A stretch of DNA of 64,000 nucleotides from Bacteroidia bacterium (GTDB lineage Bacteria > Bacteroidota > Bacteroidia > NS11-12g > UBA9320). Below the pieces are notes generated by a model. It was not told the origin of the DNA. It saw only the letters and a program-made list of their open reading frames with translations, and did no database searches. Made by a program: the position numbers and the translations under genes. Shown here piece after piece: positions 9,239 to 18,079 of this stretch. The stretch covers positions 288,001-352,000 of the forward strand of contig CBDCFW010000001.1 in NCBI GenBank assembly GCA_965216465.1. Reading direction: 5' to 3'. Every line of letters starts with the position of its first letter. Position 1 is the first letter of the stretch.

Positions 9239-11857
9239 TTAGTTTGGATTAAGTTCAAATTCGTTATTGAACACAAATTCTTTCTTATCATTAAGGTCTA
9301 AAATTATCTTGCTATCCGACTGAATTCTTCCTGACAATATCTCCTTCGAGAGTTTATTCAACACCTCTCTTTGCATTGCTCTCTTTAGTGGTCTAGCTCC
9401 AAATTGAGGATCATATCCAATTTCGCCCAGCCAATCTAAAGCCTTTTCAGTAGCCGAAATACCAATACTTTGCTCTTTTAACATATTTGCCAAAATGTTG
9501 AATTGTATTTCCACAATACCGCGAATATTATCTCTGCTTAATGGTGTAAACATGATAACTTCATCAATTCGATTTAAAAATTCTGGGCGAATTGACTTTT
9601 TCAACAATTCAAATACCTCGAATTTTGTCTTAGCATTAACCTCTTCTTCTGAATCTGGAGTAATTTCGCTAAACCTTTCTTGGATCAAATGAGAACCAAT
9701 ATTACTGGTCATTATAACGATGGTGTTTTTGAAATTAGCTGTTCTACCCTTGTTGTCAGTTAGCCTTCCATCGTCTAAAACCTGAAGTAAAATATTGAAT
9801 ACATCTGGATGAGCCTTTTCTATTTCATCAAGCAACACAACAGAATAAGGTTTTCTTCTTACCACCTCAGTTAGCTGTCCACCTTCATCGTATCCAACAT
9901 AGCCTGGAGGTGCCCCTATCAACCTGCTTACCGTATGCTTTTCTTGATATTCACTCATATCAATGCGAACCATTGCATCTTCTTTGTCAAAAAGATACTC
10001 TGCTAGAGCCTTAGCTAACTCGGTCTTCCCCACTCCAGTTGTTCCTAGAAAAATAAATGACCCGATAGGCTTTTTAGGATCTGAAAGCCCTGCTCTACTT
10101 CTTCGAATTGCATCCGAAATTGCAGTAATTGCTTCATCTTGACCCACAACACGCTTATGAAGCTCCTCTTCTAGACGCAACAGCTTTTCTCGTTCGCTTT
10201 GAAGCATGCTTTGTACGGGAACACCAGTCCACTTGCTAATCACTTCTGCAATGTCTTCACTGGTAACTTCTTCTTTAACCAAAGAACTATTGGCTTGCTT
10301 TTCAATAAGCTCTTTTTTGAGCGTCTCAAGATCCTCCTCTGCAGCTTTTATTCTACCATAACGTATTTCCGCTACTTTCCCAAAATCCCCAGCCCTTTCT
10401 GCTTGGTCTGCCTCTAATCTTAGGCGTTCAATTTCTTTCTTTTTAGACTGTATGCCATCCACAACCGCTTTTTCTTCCTGCCATTTCGCTTTTAACTGAT
10501 TTCGTTCTTCGGAAAGGTTGGCAATCTCTTCGTTAAGAGTCGACAGCTTCTTTTCATCTTTTTCACGCTTGATGGCTTCACGTTCAATTTCGAGCTGCAT
10601 AATCTTACGCTCTATTTCGTCTAACTCTTCTGGAACTGAATCAATTTCTAATCTCAATTTAGCCGCTGACTCATCAACAAGGTCAATTGCCTTGTCCGGT
10701 AAAAATCGATCCGAAATATAGCGTTGAGACAGCTCAACTGCAGCGATCACAGCTTCATCTTTGATTCTCACCTTATGGTGTACTTCATATTTTTCTTTTA
10801 TCCCTCTTAAAATTGAAATGGCATCTTCTGTATCGGGTTCATCAACCAACACGCTTTGAAAACGACGTTCAAGAGCCTTGTCTTTCTCAATATACTTTTG
10901 ATATTCATTGAGCGTTGTTGCTCCAATTGCCTTGAGCTCACCACGAGCTAATGCTGGTTTCAAAATGTTTGCAGCATCCATCGCACCTTCCCCACTCGCT
11001 CCAGCACCAACAAGAGTATGAATTTCATCAATAAAGAGTACAATCTCTCCATCTGCTGAGGTGACCTCTTTGACTACCGCTTTTAAACGTTCCTCAAATT
11101 CACCTTTATACTTTGCACCCGCAATAAGACTTCCCATATCAAGGCTGTAAATGTCTTTTGATTTTAGGTTTTCTGGTACATCTCCACTAATTACGCGATG
11201 AGCTAGTCCTTCAGCAATTGCTGTTTTACCTACTCCTGGTTCACCTATTAAAATGGGATTATTTTTTGTTCTTCGCGATAAGATTTGCAATACCCGTCGA
11301 ATTTCTTCGTCTCTTCCAATTACGGGATCTAGTTTACCACTCTTAGCCAATTGATTTAAGTTTCTGGCATATTTATTCAGAGCATTATATTGTCCTTCAG
11401 CACTAGTACTCGTAGCTCTGCTTCCACCTCTCAACTCTTTAAAGGCTTTAATAATCTCTTTCTTGGCAACACCAGCATCCTTGAGTAAGTTAGCCACCTG
11501 ATCTTTTCCATCGATCAACGCTAAGAAGAGGTGTTCTATCGTTACAAACTCATCGTCAAAGTCTTTTAGGTATGTACTTGCCTTTACTAAAGCTTGCTGT
11601 GCATCTTTTGATAGGTAATGGTTTCCTCCGCCTGTTACTTTTGGGTAACTGGAAACGATGCCATCTAAAGCTTGTTCAATTCGTTTTACATTAGCATTCA
11701 CTTTTTTCAGAGCATACTCTAAAACTTCTTCATCTACAACAAACAATGCCTTAAGAACATGCCCTGTTTCAATGGCTTGTTGCTCACCTATAATAGCAAG
11801 CTCTTGTGCTTTTTGAATAGCCTCTTGAGATTTAATGGTGAAATTGTTTGTATTCAT
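9239..11857 (-). CDS. clpB: ATP-dependent chaperone ClpB
   Basis: Two AAA+ modules ([16 protein letters not shown]), FIDEIH, coiled-coil middle domain, [13 protein letters not shown]; 872 aa. Confidence 0.98.
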   Translation of the reverse strand: MNTNNFTIKSQEAIQKAQELAIIGEQQAIETGHVLKALFVVDEEVLEYALKKVNANVKRIEQALDGIVSSYPKVTGGGNHYLSKDAQQALVKASTYLKDFDDEFVTIEHLFLALIDGKDQVANLLKDAGVAKKEIIKAFKELRGGSRATSTSAEGQYNALNKYARNLNQLAKSGKLDPVIGRDEEIRRVLQILSRRTKNNPILIGEPGVGKTAIAEGLAHRVISGDVPENLKSKDIYSLDMGSLIAGAKYKGEFEERLKAVVKEVTSADGEIVLFIDEIHTLVGAGASGEGAMDAANILKPALARGELKAIGATTLNEYQKYIEKDKALERRFQSVLVDEPDTEDAISILRGIKEKYEVHHKVRIKDEAVIAAVELSQRYISDRFLPDKAIDLVDESAAKLRLEIDSVPEELDEIERKIMQLEIEREAIKREKDEKKLSTLNEEIANLSEERNQLKAKWQEEKAVVDGIQSKKKEIERLRLEADQAERAGDFGKVAEIRYGRIKAAEEDLETLKKELIEKQANSSLVKEEVTSEDIAEVISKWTGVPVQSMLQSEREKLLRLEEELHKRVVGQDEAITAISDAIRRSRAGLSDPKKPIGSFIFLGTTGVGKTELAKALAEYLFDKEDAMVRIDMSEYQEKHTVSRLIGAPPGYVGYDEGGQLTEVVRRKPYSVVLLDEIEKAHPDVFNILLQVLDDGRLTDNKGRTANFKNTIVIMTSNIGSHLIQERFSEITPDSEEEVNAKTKFEVFELLKKSIRPEFLNRIDEVIMFTPLSRDNIRGIVEIQFNILANMLKEQSIGISATEKALDWLGEIGYDPQFGARPLKRAMQREVLNKLSKEILSGRIQSDSKIILDLNDKKEFVFNNEFELNPN

Positions 11858-11893
11858 TATTCTGTTTTTTAGTTAATATTTCGGTTTCAACGG

Positions 11894-12017
11894 TTCAAAA
11901 TCTGAGCCTGCAATGCAATTCAGCCATTTTGGCTCAATTGTTAAGCTAACATATTTGTTTTCAAGACATTATGACCCTATTGAGGCACATCATTAATCAA
12001 AACATGGCAAAAATGTC
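11894..12017 (-). promoter_or_regulatory. Putative clpB control region: sigma54-like -24/-12 element plus three related inverted repeats
   Basis: Minus strand AGGCTCAGATTTTGAA (11909-11894); GCCA-TTT-TGGC 11923-11933, GACA-TTA-TGAC 11965-11975, GGCA-AAAA-TGTC 12006-12017. Confidence 0.45.
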
Positions 12018-12129
12018 AGCTCTAAAACTTTATAACGAGCAGTTGTAAACACATTTGTATATAACCTATTCAAAAAATAATGTATTCAATATATGCCCCT
12101 ATGTTAAAAGTGATAAATTCGCCTTGTAA

Positions 12130-13314
12130 ATGAAATTCACGGATCGCATAAATCGTGTTCAAGAGTCACTAACCATAGGAATGGCTAAGAAGGCTCGTGA
12201 AATGAAAGCAAAAGGAATTGATGTTATCAGCCTAAGTTTAGGTGAGCCAGATTTTGACACCCCAAACCATATCAAGCAAGCTGCAATTGAAGCCATAAAT
12301 GCGGGTAAAACAAAATACCCTCCTGTTGGTGGTATTGCTGAACTAAAGGAAGCAATCTGTAACAAATTTCGCTCAAACTATGGTCTCGATTTCGGACCAA
12401 GCGAAGTTATGGTATCTACCGGAGCAAAGCAATGCATCATGAACGTAATGTTGAGCTTGGTTCAGCCTGGCGATGAAGTTGTTATCCCTCTCCCATATTG
12501 GGTTAGCTATTCAGAGATGGTGAAGTTTGCAGGAGGTAAAACGGTATTTGTACCTTCCAATTTTGAAGATGGATTTGCTATAGATATCGACAAACTTAGA
12601 GCAAGTATTAATGCCAACACTAAAGTGATAATCTTCTCTAGCCCGAGCAACCCTGCAGGAAGTGTTTTAAGCAAAGAACAATTAAAGCAAATTGCAGAAA
12701 TAGTTGCTGAGAATCCTCAACTCACCATAATTTCTGATGAAATATATGAACACATCAATTTCGAAGGTAAGCACATTAGCATTTCTCAGTTTCCTGAAAT
12801 TAGAGATCAACTCGTCATTATAAATGGTGTGTCTAAAGGATTTGCCATGACTGGTTGGAGATTAGGTTATATGGCAGGACCTAAAGATATTGTTGCAGCC
12901 TGCGATAAACTTCAAGGTCAATTTACATCAGGAGCAAATGGAATTGCACAATGGGCTGCTGTTACAGCACTGAACTCTGACCTTAAGCCAACTACTGAAA
13001 TGGTTGCTACCTTCAAAATTAGAAGAGATATGATGATTGAACTTATGGGAGACATTCCAGGCTTAGAAATCGACAGACCTAAAGGAGCTTTTTACCTTTT
13101 TCCAAGAATTTCTTCGTATTTTGGTAGAACATTACGCGGTACCTCGATTAGTAATAGCTTAGATTTTTGCAAGTACATTTTAGAACAAGCAAACGTATCA
13201 TTAGTTCCCGGTATCGCATTTGGAATGGACGACCACGTTAGAATTAGTTACGCATCTTCTGAAAAAGAATTGAGAGAAGCTGTTAGAAGAATAAAAGCTG
13301 CATTGACAGAATGA
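12130..13314 (+). CDS. PLP-dependent aminotransferase class I/II (aspartate aminotransferase-like)
   Basis: GEPDFDTP, SPSNPAG, SDEIY, GVSKGFAMTGWRLGY (PLP Lys). Confidence 0.95.
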   Translation: MKFTDRINRVQESLTIGMAKKAREMKAKGIDVISLSLGEPDFDTPNHIKQAAIEAINAGKTKYPPVGGIAELKEAICNKFRSNYGLDFGPSEVMVSTGAKQCIMNVMLSLVQPGDEVVIPLPYWVSYSEMVKFAGGKTVFVPSNFEDGFAIDIDKLRASINANTKVIIFSSPSNPAGSVLSKEQLKQIAEIVAENPQLTIISDEIYEHINFEGKHISISQFPEIRDQLVIINGVSKGFAMTGWRLGYMAGPKDIVAACDKLQGQFTSGANGIAQWAAVTALNSDLKPTTEMVATFKIRRDMMIELMGDIPGLEIDRPKGAFYLFPRISSYFGRTLRGTSISNSLDFCKYILEQANVSLVPGIAFGMDDHVRISYASSEKELREAVRRIKAALTE

Positions 13315-14300
13315 ATATAAACAGACTATTTAAAGAATTTGAGAACATCAAAGTACTTGTCTTAGGAGACACGATGTTAGATGCATACTTTTATGGTTCG
13401 GTAAATCGAATTAGCCCTGAGGCCCCGGTTCCTATTGTAAATCTTCGGTCTAAAGAGAGAAGGTTAGGCGGAGCAGCAAATGTGGCTCTAAATTTAAAAG
13501 CTATGGGTGCACATCCCATTATTTGTAGCATCAAAGGCAACGACAAAGACGGTAAGCATCTCAAAAACTTAATGATTGAAAATAAGCTAAATTCAGATTG
13601 CTTATTCAATGACTACCGTCGAAGTACTACGGTTAAGACACGAATAATTGGAAACAATCACCAATTGCTAAGAATAGACGAAGAAGAAACTCAAGATATT
13701 GACAAGACGCTTGAAGACTTGATATTCAATACCATCAAAGAAATGATCAAAACCATCGATGTATTGATCTTTCAAGATTACAACAAGGGCTTGTTAACCA
13801 AAAGCTTGATATCTCGGGTAATTGAACTTTGCAAAAGCAACAAGGTGCCAATGGTTGTTGATCCGAAATTCGACAACTTTTTCGAGTACCAAGGTGTTAC
13901 GCTCTTCAAACCCAACAAAAAAGAGCTTATGCAAGCAGAGAACATAAACTCACCACTAAACTTAAAGGAAGTAAAAGAGTTAGCAGGTTCGATTAGAGAG
14001 AAGCTTGGAGCAGATAAAGTAATGACCACCTTGTCAGAAGATGGCATTTATATTGTAGGCAAGAATAACTCTATTCACCTTCCGGCTCATGAAAGAAAAA
14101 TTGTTGATGTAAGTGGTGCGGGGGACTCCGTTCTTAGCGTTGCGGCACTGTGTGTTGCATGCGGTGTAAGCAACGAAGTAACTGCTGCATTATCTAATCT
14201 TGCTGGCGGAATTGTTTGCGAGAAAGTTGGTGTTGTTCCTATCGACAAAGACCTTTTGTTTACTGAAGCTTTTGAGCTGAATGTAGGCGAACGATATTAA
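13311..14300 (+). CDS. rfaE1: D-glycero-beta-D-manno-heptose-7-phosphate kinase (RfaE domain I, PfkB family)
   Basis: GDTMLD, RISPEAPVP, GGAANVA, DYNKG, VDPK, DVSGAGD. Confidence 0.9.
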   Translation: MNINRLFKEFENIKVLVLGDTMLDAYFYGSVNRISPEAPVPIVNLRSKERRLGGAANVALNLKAMGAHPIICSIKGNDKDGKHLKNLMIENKLNSDCLFNDYRRSTTVKTRIIGNNHQLLRIDEEETQDIDKTLEDLIFNTIKEMIKTIDVLIFQDYNKGLLTKSLISRVIELCKSNKVPMVVDPKFDNFFEYQGVTLFKPNKKELMQAENINSPLNLKEVKELAGSIREKLGADKVMTTLSEDGIYIVGKNNSIHLPAHERKIVDVSGAGDSVLSVAALCVACGVSNEVTAALSNLAGGIVCEKVGVVPIDKDLLFTEAFELNVGERY

Positions 14301-14311
14301 TAAAAATTACT

Positions 14312-15250
14312 ATGAAACAACTCAGTTTAATTCTAATTCTATTTATCTTTAGTTCAATTGGCTTTGCACAGACCAATGCTAACTTGACCAAAGCCCAAGA
14401 TTTTTATAACGACAATAAATTTAAGAAGGCTGAAAAATTTGCTGAAAAAGCAATGAATGATGAAGAATCGAAAGTTGAAGCAACCATTCTTTATGCATAT
14501 GCTATCATAGCCCAAAGCAAGGTTACTGAGGGGGTAGATGTTTTAGTTTCTGCACACGAAGGGGATGTTGAAAACATTATGTACCTTACATCTCTAGGGC
14601 ATCTTACCATGATGATGCAGGATTATAAAAAAGCCTCAAGTTATTTTTCGCTGGCTTTGAAATATGAAACAGTAGATAGCAATCGGTGTGCACATTACAC
14701 CAATCGTGCTGCCTGCAAACTAAGGATGAGAAAGATGGAAGGGGCATTTAAAGATCTTTCAAAAGCATTAGAAATTGATAGTATGAATTTTTCTGCTAAC
14801 AATGACATGGGAATAGTTGCCAAATATTTAAAAAAAGACTCTGTGGCGGAAAGTTGTTTAAAGCGAGTGATACAAGTTAAACCGGAAGATCATTTGGGTT
14901 ATGCTAACCTTGGATGGTTTTACCAGGAGCGAAAAAGATTTGACGAAGCACTAGTTTTGCTAAACAAGGCCATCGAAATTAATCCTGATTTTGCCTATGC
15001 ATATAACAATCGCTCAATGGTAAAACTCGACATGGGTGACTTTGAAGGTGCTTATGCTGATGTGAATCATTCATTAAAACTTGATGGTACAAACTCGTAT
15101 GCTTACAAGAATCTTGGAATCATACTTTTTAAGGATGGAAAGAAGGAGGAAGCATGCTCAGCTTGGAAAACTGCCTTGGCTCTGGGATTCACAGAACAGT
15201 ACGGCAGAACGGTAAGCGAATTAATCAAACACAACTGCGGAAGCGAATAA
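14312..15250 (+). CDS. Secreted tetratricopeptide repeat protein
   Basis: Signal peptide (GFA-Q); repeated TPR patterns (YANLG, AYNNR, AYKNLG, AC..W..A..LG). Confidence 0.88.
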   Translation: MKQLSLILILFIFSSIGFAQTNANLTKAQDFYNDNKFKKAEKFAEKAMNDEESKVEATILYAYAIIAQSKVTEGVDVLVSAHEGDVENIMYLTSLGHLTMMMQDYKKASSYFSLALKYETVDSNRCAHYTNRAACKLRMRKMEGAFKDLSKALEIDSMNFSANNDMGIVAKYLKKDSVAESCLKRVIQVKPEDHLGYANLGWFYQERKRFDEALVLLNKAIEINPDFAYAYNNRSMVKLDMGDFEGAYADVNHSLKLDGTNSYAYKNLGIILFKDGKKEEACSAWKTALALGFTEQYGRTVSELIKHNCGSE

Positions 15251-15340
15251 CAAGCCAGCAACTCAATTTCTTACCTGCTGATTATCTGCAGTTTACAAAA
15301 TTTTATAATTATTATTTGGTTTTTTGCCTTTTTGAGCTCC

Positions 15341-15348
15341 TATATTTG
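15341..15348 (+). promoter_or_regulatory. -7 promoter element (TATATTTG) for the leader/rtcB operon
   Basis: Exact TAnnTTTG with TTTG/TTG runs upstream (15315-15326); immediately precedes a long hairpin. Confidence 0.65.
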
Positions 15349-15353
15349 TAGTG

Positions 15354-15420
15354 CAATTCTGGAAGACTCTAAGTTCAACAAGATTTTTGTAAATGTTTTG
15401 AATTCTTAGTCCTAGAGTTG
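15354..15420 (+). other. Long imperfect RNA hairpin at the predicted 5' end of the rtcB-operon leader
   Basis: Nested pairings CAAUUCUGG/CUAGAGUUG, GACU/AGUC, AAG/CUU, UUCAA/UUGAA, AUUU/AAAU (with G-U pairs). Confidence 0.5.
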
Positions 15421-15457
15421 GCTAAATAAAAGTTTAAAAAATTTAAATAACACTAAA

Positions 15458-15532
15458 ATGAATCTGTATAAGACAACGACAATTTGGGGCACGAAACCTC
15501 CTTTTGTAAAAAACGGTTATCAGAAATTTTAG
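15458..15532 (+). CDS. Putative leader peptide (24 aa, MNLYKTTTIWGTKPPFVKNGYQKF)
   Basis: ATG preceded by A-rich AAATAACACTAAA; TAG at 15530-15532; last codons carry the antiterminator strand. Confidence 0.6.
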   Translation: MNLYKTTTIWGTKPPFVKNGYQKF

Positions 15533-15592
15533 GCGACAAATAAACGAATTTGAAGGCCCGATTTCTGATAACGAAATCGGGCTTTTTATTTT
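15516..15592 (+). terminator. Transcription attenuator: intrinsic terminator with overlapping antiterminator
   Basis: Terminator GCCCGATTTC (15556-15565)-TGATAAC-GAAATCGGGC (15573-15582)-TTTTTATTTT. GTTATCAGAAAT (15516-15527) is the exact reverse complement of ATTTCTGATAAC (15561-15572). Confidence 0.8.
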
Positions 15593-15678
15593 AACAAAGC
15601 ACATGAGAAAAGAAAAACAAACCTAAGATCCACTGACATTTTTACTTGAATGTCTGTGGACTACAAAAACAAGTAAAA

Positions 15679-16614
15679 ATGAACAACGAAGAAATTCAGT
15701 GGATTAAGAGTTGTTTACCAAGTCAAATCTCTTATTCCTATTACAAAGACTTATATGCTCTTGACTTACTTCAATATTGTTTCGAAGACGGAACGAAGAT
15801 TCAAGACATTAAGAAATCAAAACTTGGTGGTTTACTGAATAAGCCAATTGTTAAGCAAATAGTGCAACAATGCGGTAATGGTAAGCTCGATATGAGTAAA
15901 GTTGAAGGGCATTGGGAAAAACATCCCCATGTATTGAAGTTAACTTTAGATGAGTGGGGTTCCATTTCAAAACGAAAAGGAAAAACACAATGGGACCAAG
16001 TAAGCAGACCCGAAAAAAATCTTGTTCTTCAAGTAAATTTTGGTAGTGAGCACAAATTACTATTCAATAAAAAACTTGGAGAAAATAACCGAGATGCGTT
16101 TGAACGGCACTTACACCCTATTCACGCCGAACATTATACCCTAGGTTGGATTCGGCTAGATATCAATATTGAGCATAATGAATTACTAATTGAAGAGATT
16201 CAAGCAGATTGGACGAGAGACGTACTCGAGTTATATGATCGTTTGAATTGTACTAAATCTTGTTGCACAGGTCATTGGATAAAACCGTTTAAAGGAAAAT
16301 TTGAGGCTTACATGAAGTTCCTCAACCCTTACATCAAGATTAAAGATGAAATGTTACTAGCGGCAGCTCTCCACTTTACGAAGTGTGAACTCGGTATCGA
16401 CCATGTCTGGTATCATTCAAACCAAAGTAACATTCACTACAAACTCATGAAAGGGCAATTTCCTCCAAAATCGGTTTACCAGCAATTACCTAAAAAATTT
16501 GGGTTCAGTAAAACAACTAATAAACCGCGTTTGATCCAAGACTGTTCTGCACTAGAGGCATTGAACAAAAAAGGAAAAAACGTACCGTTTTACCATTTAA
16601 AATTAGGAAAATGA
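15679..16614 (+). CDS. Hypothetical protein (311 aa) coupled to rtcB
   Basis: Long ORF with A-rich start context at MNNEEI; conserved-looking NLVLQVNF, TLGWIRLD, LIEEIQADW, PPKSVY motifs; ATGA overlap with rtcB. Confidence 0.85.
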   Translation: MNNEEIQWIKSCLPSQISYSYYKDLYALDLLQYCFEDGTKIQDIKKSKLGGLLNKPIVKQIVQQCGNGKLDMSKVEGHWEKHPHVLKLTLDEWGSISKRKGKTQWDQVSRPEKNLVLQVNFGSEHKLLFNKKLGENNRDAFERHLHPIHAEHYTLGWIRLDINIEHNELLIEEIQADWTRDVLELYDRLNCTKSCCTGHWIKPFKGKFEAYMKFLNPYIKIKDEMLLAAALHFTKCELGIDHVWYHSNQSNIHYKLMKGQFPPKSVYQQLPKKFGFSKTTNKPRLIQDCSALEALNKKGKNVPFYHLKLGK

Positions 16615-18014
16615 AGAATAGAATAATACGAGGAAATCACTTGAAGAAATTTGGAATTACCAATCCAAAACAAATTAGCATGATTCTCGAAACCTTGCGC
16701 AAGCAGTACAAGCGTGAAAGCTTTAATGCTAAGCTTAGTCTGGTTCAGAAGGTTGTTTCTAATGCAAACGAATACATAAGTGATGACATTTGGGGAAGCT
16801 TGGCGTCACAACTTGTAACCACGGCACCTCAAGTGCCAGACACTTTGCAACTCCAAACGGCGAGACCTTATGCTGTTTTCGGTGAGGAGAATATTTCGGA
16901 AAATGCAAAACACCAAATGTATCAGGCAATGAAGCTACCTGTAACTGTTCAAGGGGCTTTAATGCCAGACTCTCACCATGGATATGGACTTCCAATTGGA
17001 GGAGTATTGGCAACAAAGAATGCAATTATACCCTATGCAGTTGGGGTTGACATTGGGTGCAGAATGTGCCTAAGTATCTTTAGAGATTCACCAACCGTTT
17101 TGGAGTCTCACGCCGATCAGTTTGAAAAGGTGTTACGAGAGCATACTAAGTTCGGTTTAAGAGAAACGCACGAGCGTCCTAACGATGCAGAAGTGCTACA
17201 TCGCAGTTTGTATCAAGAGATTCCAATGCTTAAGCAACTTCAAAAGCGTGCAGCAATGCAGCTTGGCACATCTGGAGCAGGAAATCACTTTGTAGAATTT
17301 GGTATTGTAACCATCAATGAAGATAGCAAAGAGCTTGATTTTAAAAAAGGACAATACCTGGCTCTGTTATCGCATTCAGGTTCACGAGGACTTGGTGCGA
17401 ACATTGCCAAACACTACACTAGACTTGCTAGCAACAATAGTCGTTTACCAAAAGGAGTTAGAAATCTAGCATGGCTTGATCTCAACTCTGAAGAAGGTAT
17501 GGAATATTGGCTCGCAATGAACCTAGCTGGAGATTATGCCTCTGCATGTCACCACGATATACATAATCGAATTGCGAAAGTTTTAAAACTTCAAGCGAAA
17601 ACAGTGGTTGAAAATCATCACAATTTTGCTTGGAAAGAGAAACTGGCAAATGGAGATGAAGTTATCGTGCATCGAAAAGGAGCAACGCCTGCAGGTGAAG
17701 GAGTGTTGGGTATTATACCTGGCAGCATGACAGCGCCTGGATACATTGTTAAAGGATTAGGAAATTCCGCGAGTATCAGTTCTGCAAGTCATGGTGCGGG
17801 CAGAACGATGAGCCGGGGTGCGGCCAAGCAAGGAATATCCAAAGATGCCATGAAAAAAGCATTGAAGCAACACAACGTTCGCCTTATTGGTGGTGGTGTC
17901 GACGAAGCACCTATGGCCTATAAGGACATAAACACAGTAATGAGCTATCAGCAAGATTTGGTTGAAATCTTAGGAAAATTCACTCCAAAGATTGTTCGAA
18001 TGGCTAGAGAATAA
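16611..18014 (+). CDS. rtcB: RtcB family RNA ligase
   Basis: MPDSHHGYGLPIGGV, VGVDIGC, QLGT..GNHFVE, HSGSRG, HHN, HRKGAT, PGSM, SASHGAGR, DEAPMAYK. Confidence 0.96.
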   Translation: MKNRIIRGNHLKKFGITNPKQISMILETLRKQYKRESFNAKLSLVQKVVSNANEYISDDIWGSLASQLVTTAPQVPDTLQLQTARPYAVFGEENISENAKHQMYQAMKLPVTVQGALMPDSHHGYGLPIGGVLATKNAIIPYAVGVDIGCRMCLSIFRDSPTVLESHADQFEKVLREHTKFGLRETHERPNDAEVLHRSLYQEIPMLKQLQKRAAMQLGTSGAGNHFVEFGIVTINEDSKELDFKKGQYLALLSHSGSRGLGANIAKHYTRLASNNSRLPKGVRNLAWLDLNSEEGMEYWLAMNLAGDYASACHHDIHNRIAKVLKLQAKTVVENHHNFAWKEKLANGDEVIVHRKGATPAGEGVLGIIPGSMTAPGYIVKGLGNSASISSASHGAGRTMSRGAAKQGISKDAMKKALKQHNVRLIGGGVDEAPMAYKDINTVMSYQQDLVEILGKFTPKIVRMARE

Positions 18015-18017
18015 CCT

Positions 18018-18063
18018 GTCTAAGATTAAGTCTGAGCTATGTTCAATAGACTTAGTCTTAGAC
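18018..18063. repeat. 16-bp inverted repeat between rtcB and the TPR gene
   Basis: GTCTAAGATTAAGTCT (18018-18033) / AGACTTAGTCTTAGAC (18048-18063), 15/16 Watson-Crick plus one G-U. Confidence 0.75.
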
Positions 18064-18079
18064 TTAATTGAGACAAAAA

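Noticed and set aside
15154-15351. 65-aa ORF overlapping the TPR gene end
   Set aside because: Out-of-frame overlap, runs through the promoter, no recognisable features.
15354-15420. Y RNA or tRNA next to rtcB
   Set aside because: No cloverleaf or T-loop (GTTCRA in tRNA context), no recognisable Ro60-binding bulged helix and no TROVE gene in the window.
15458-15532. Reading the leader as a Thr (TTT..T) or Trp amino-acid attenuator
   Set aside because: Downstream genes are not amino acid biosynthesis or transport, and the Thr run is short; a general stalling sensor fits better. Not formally excluded.
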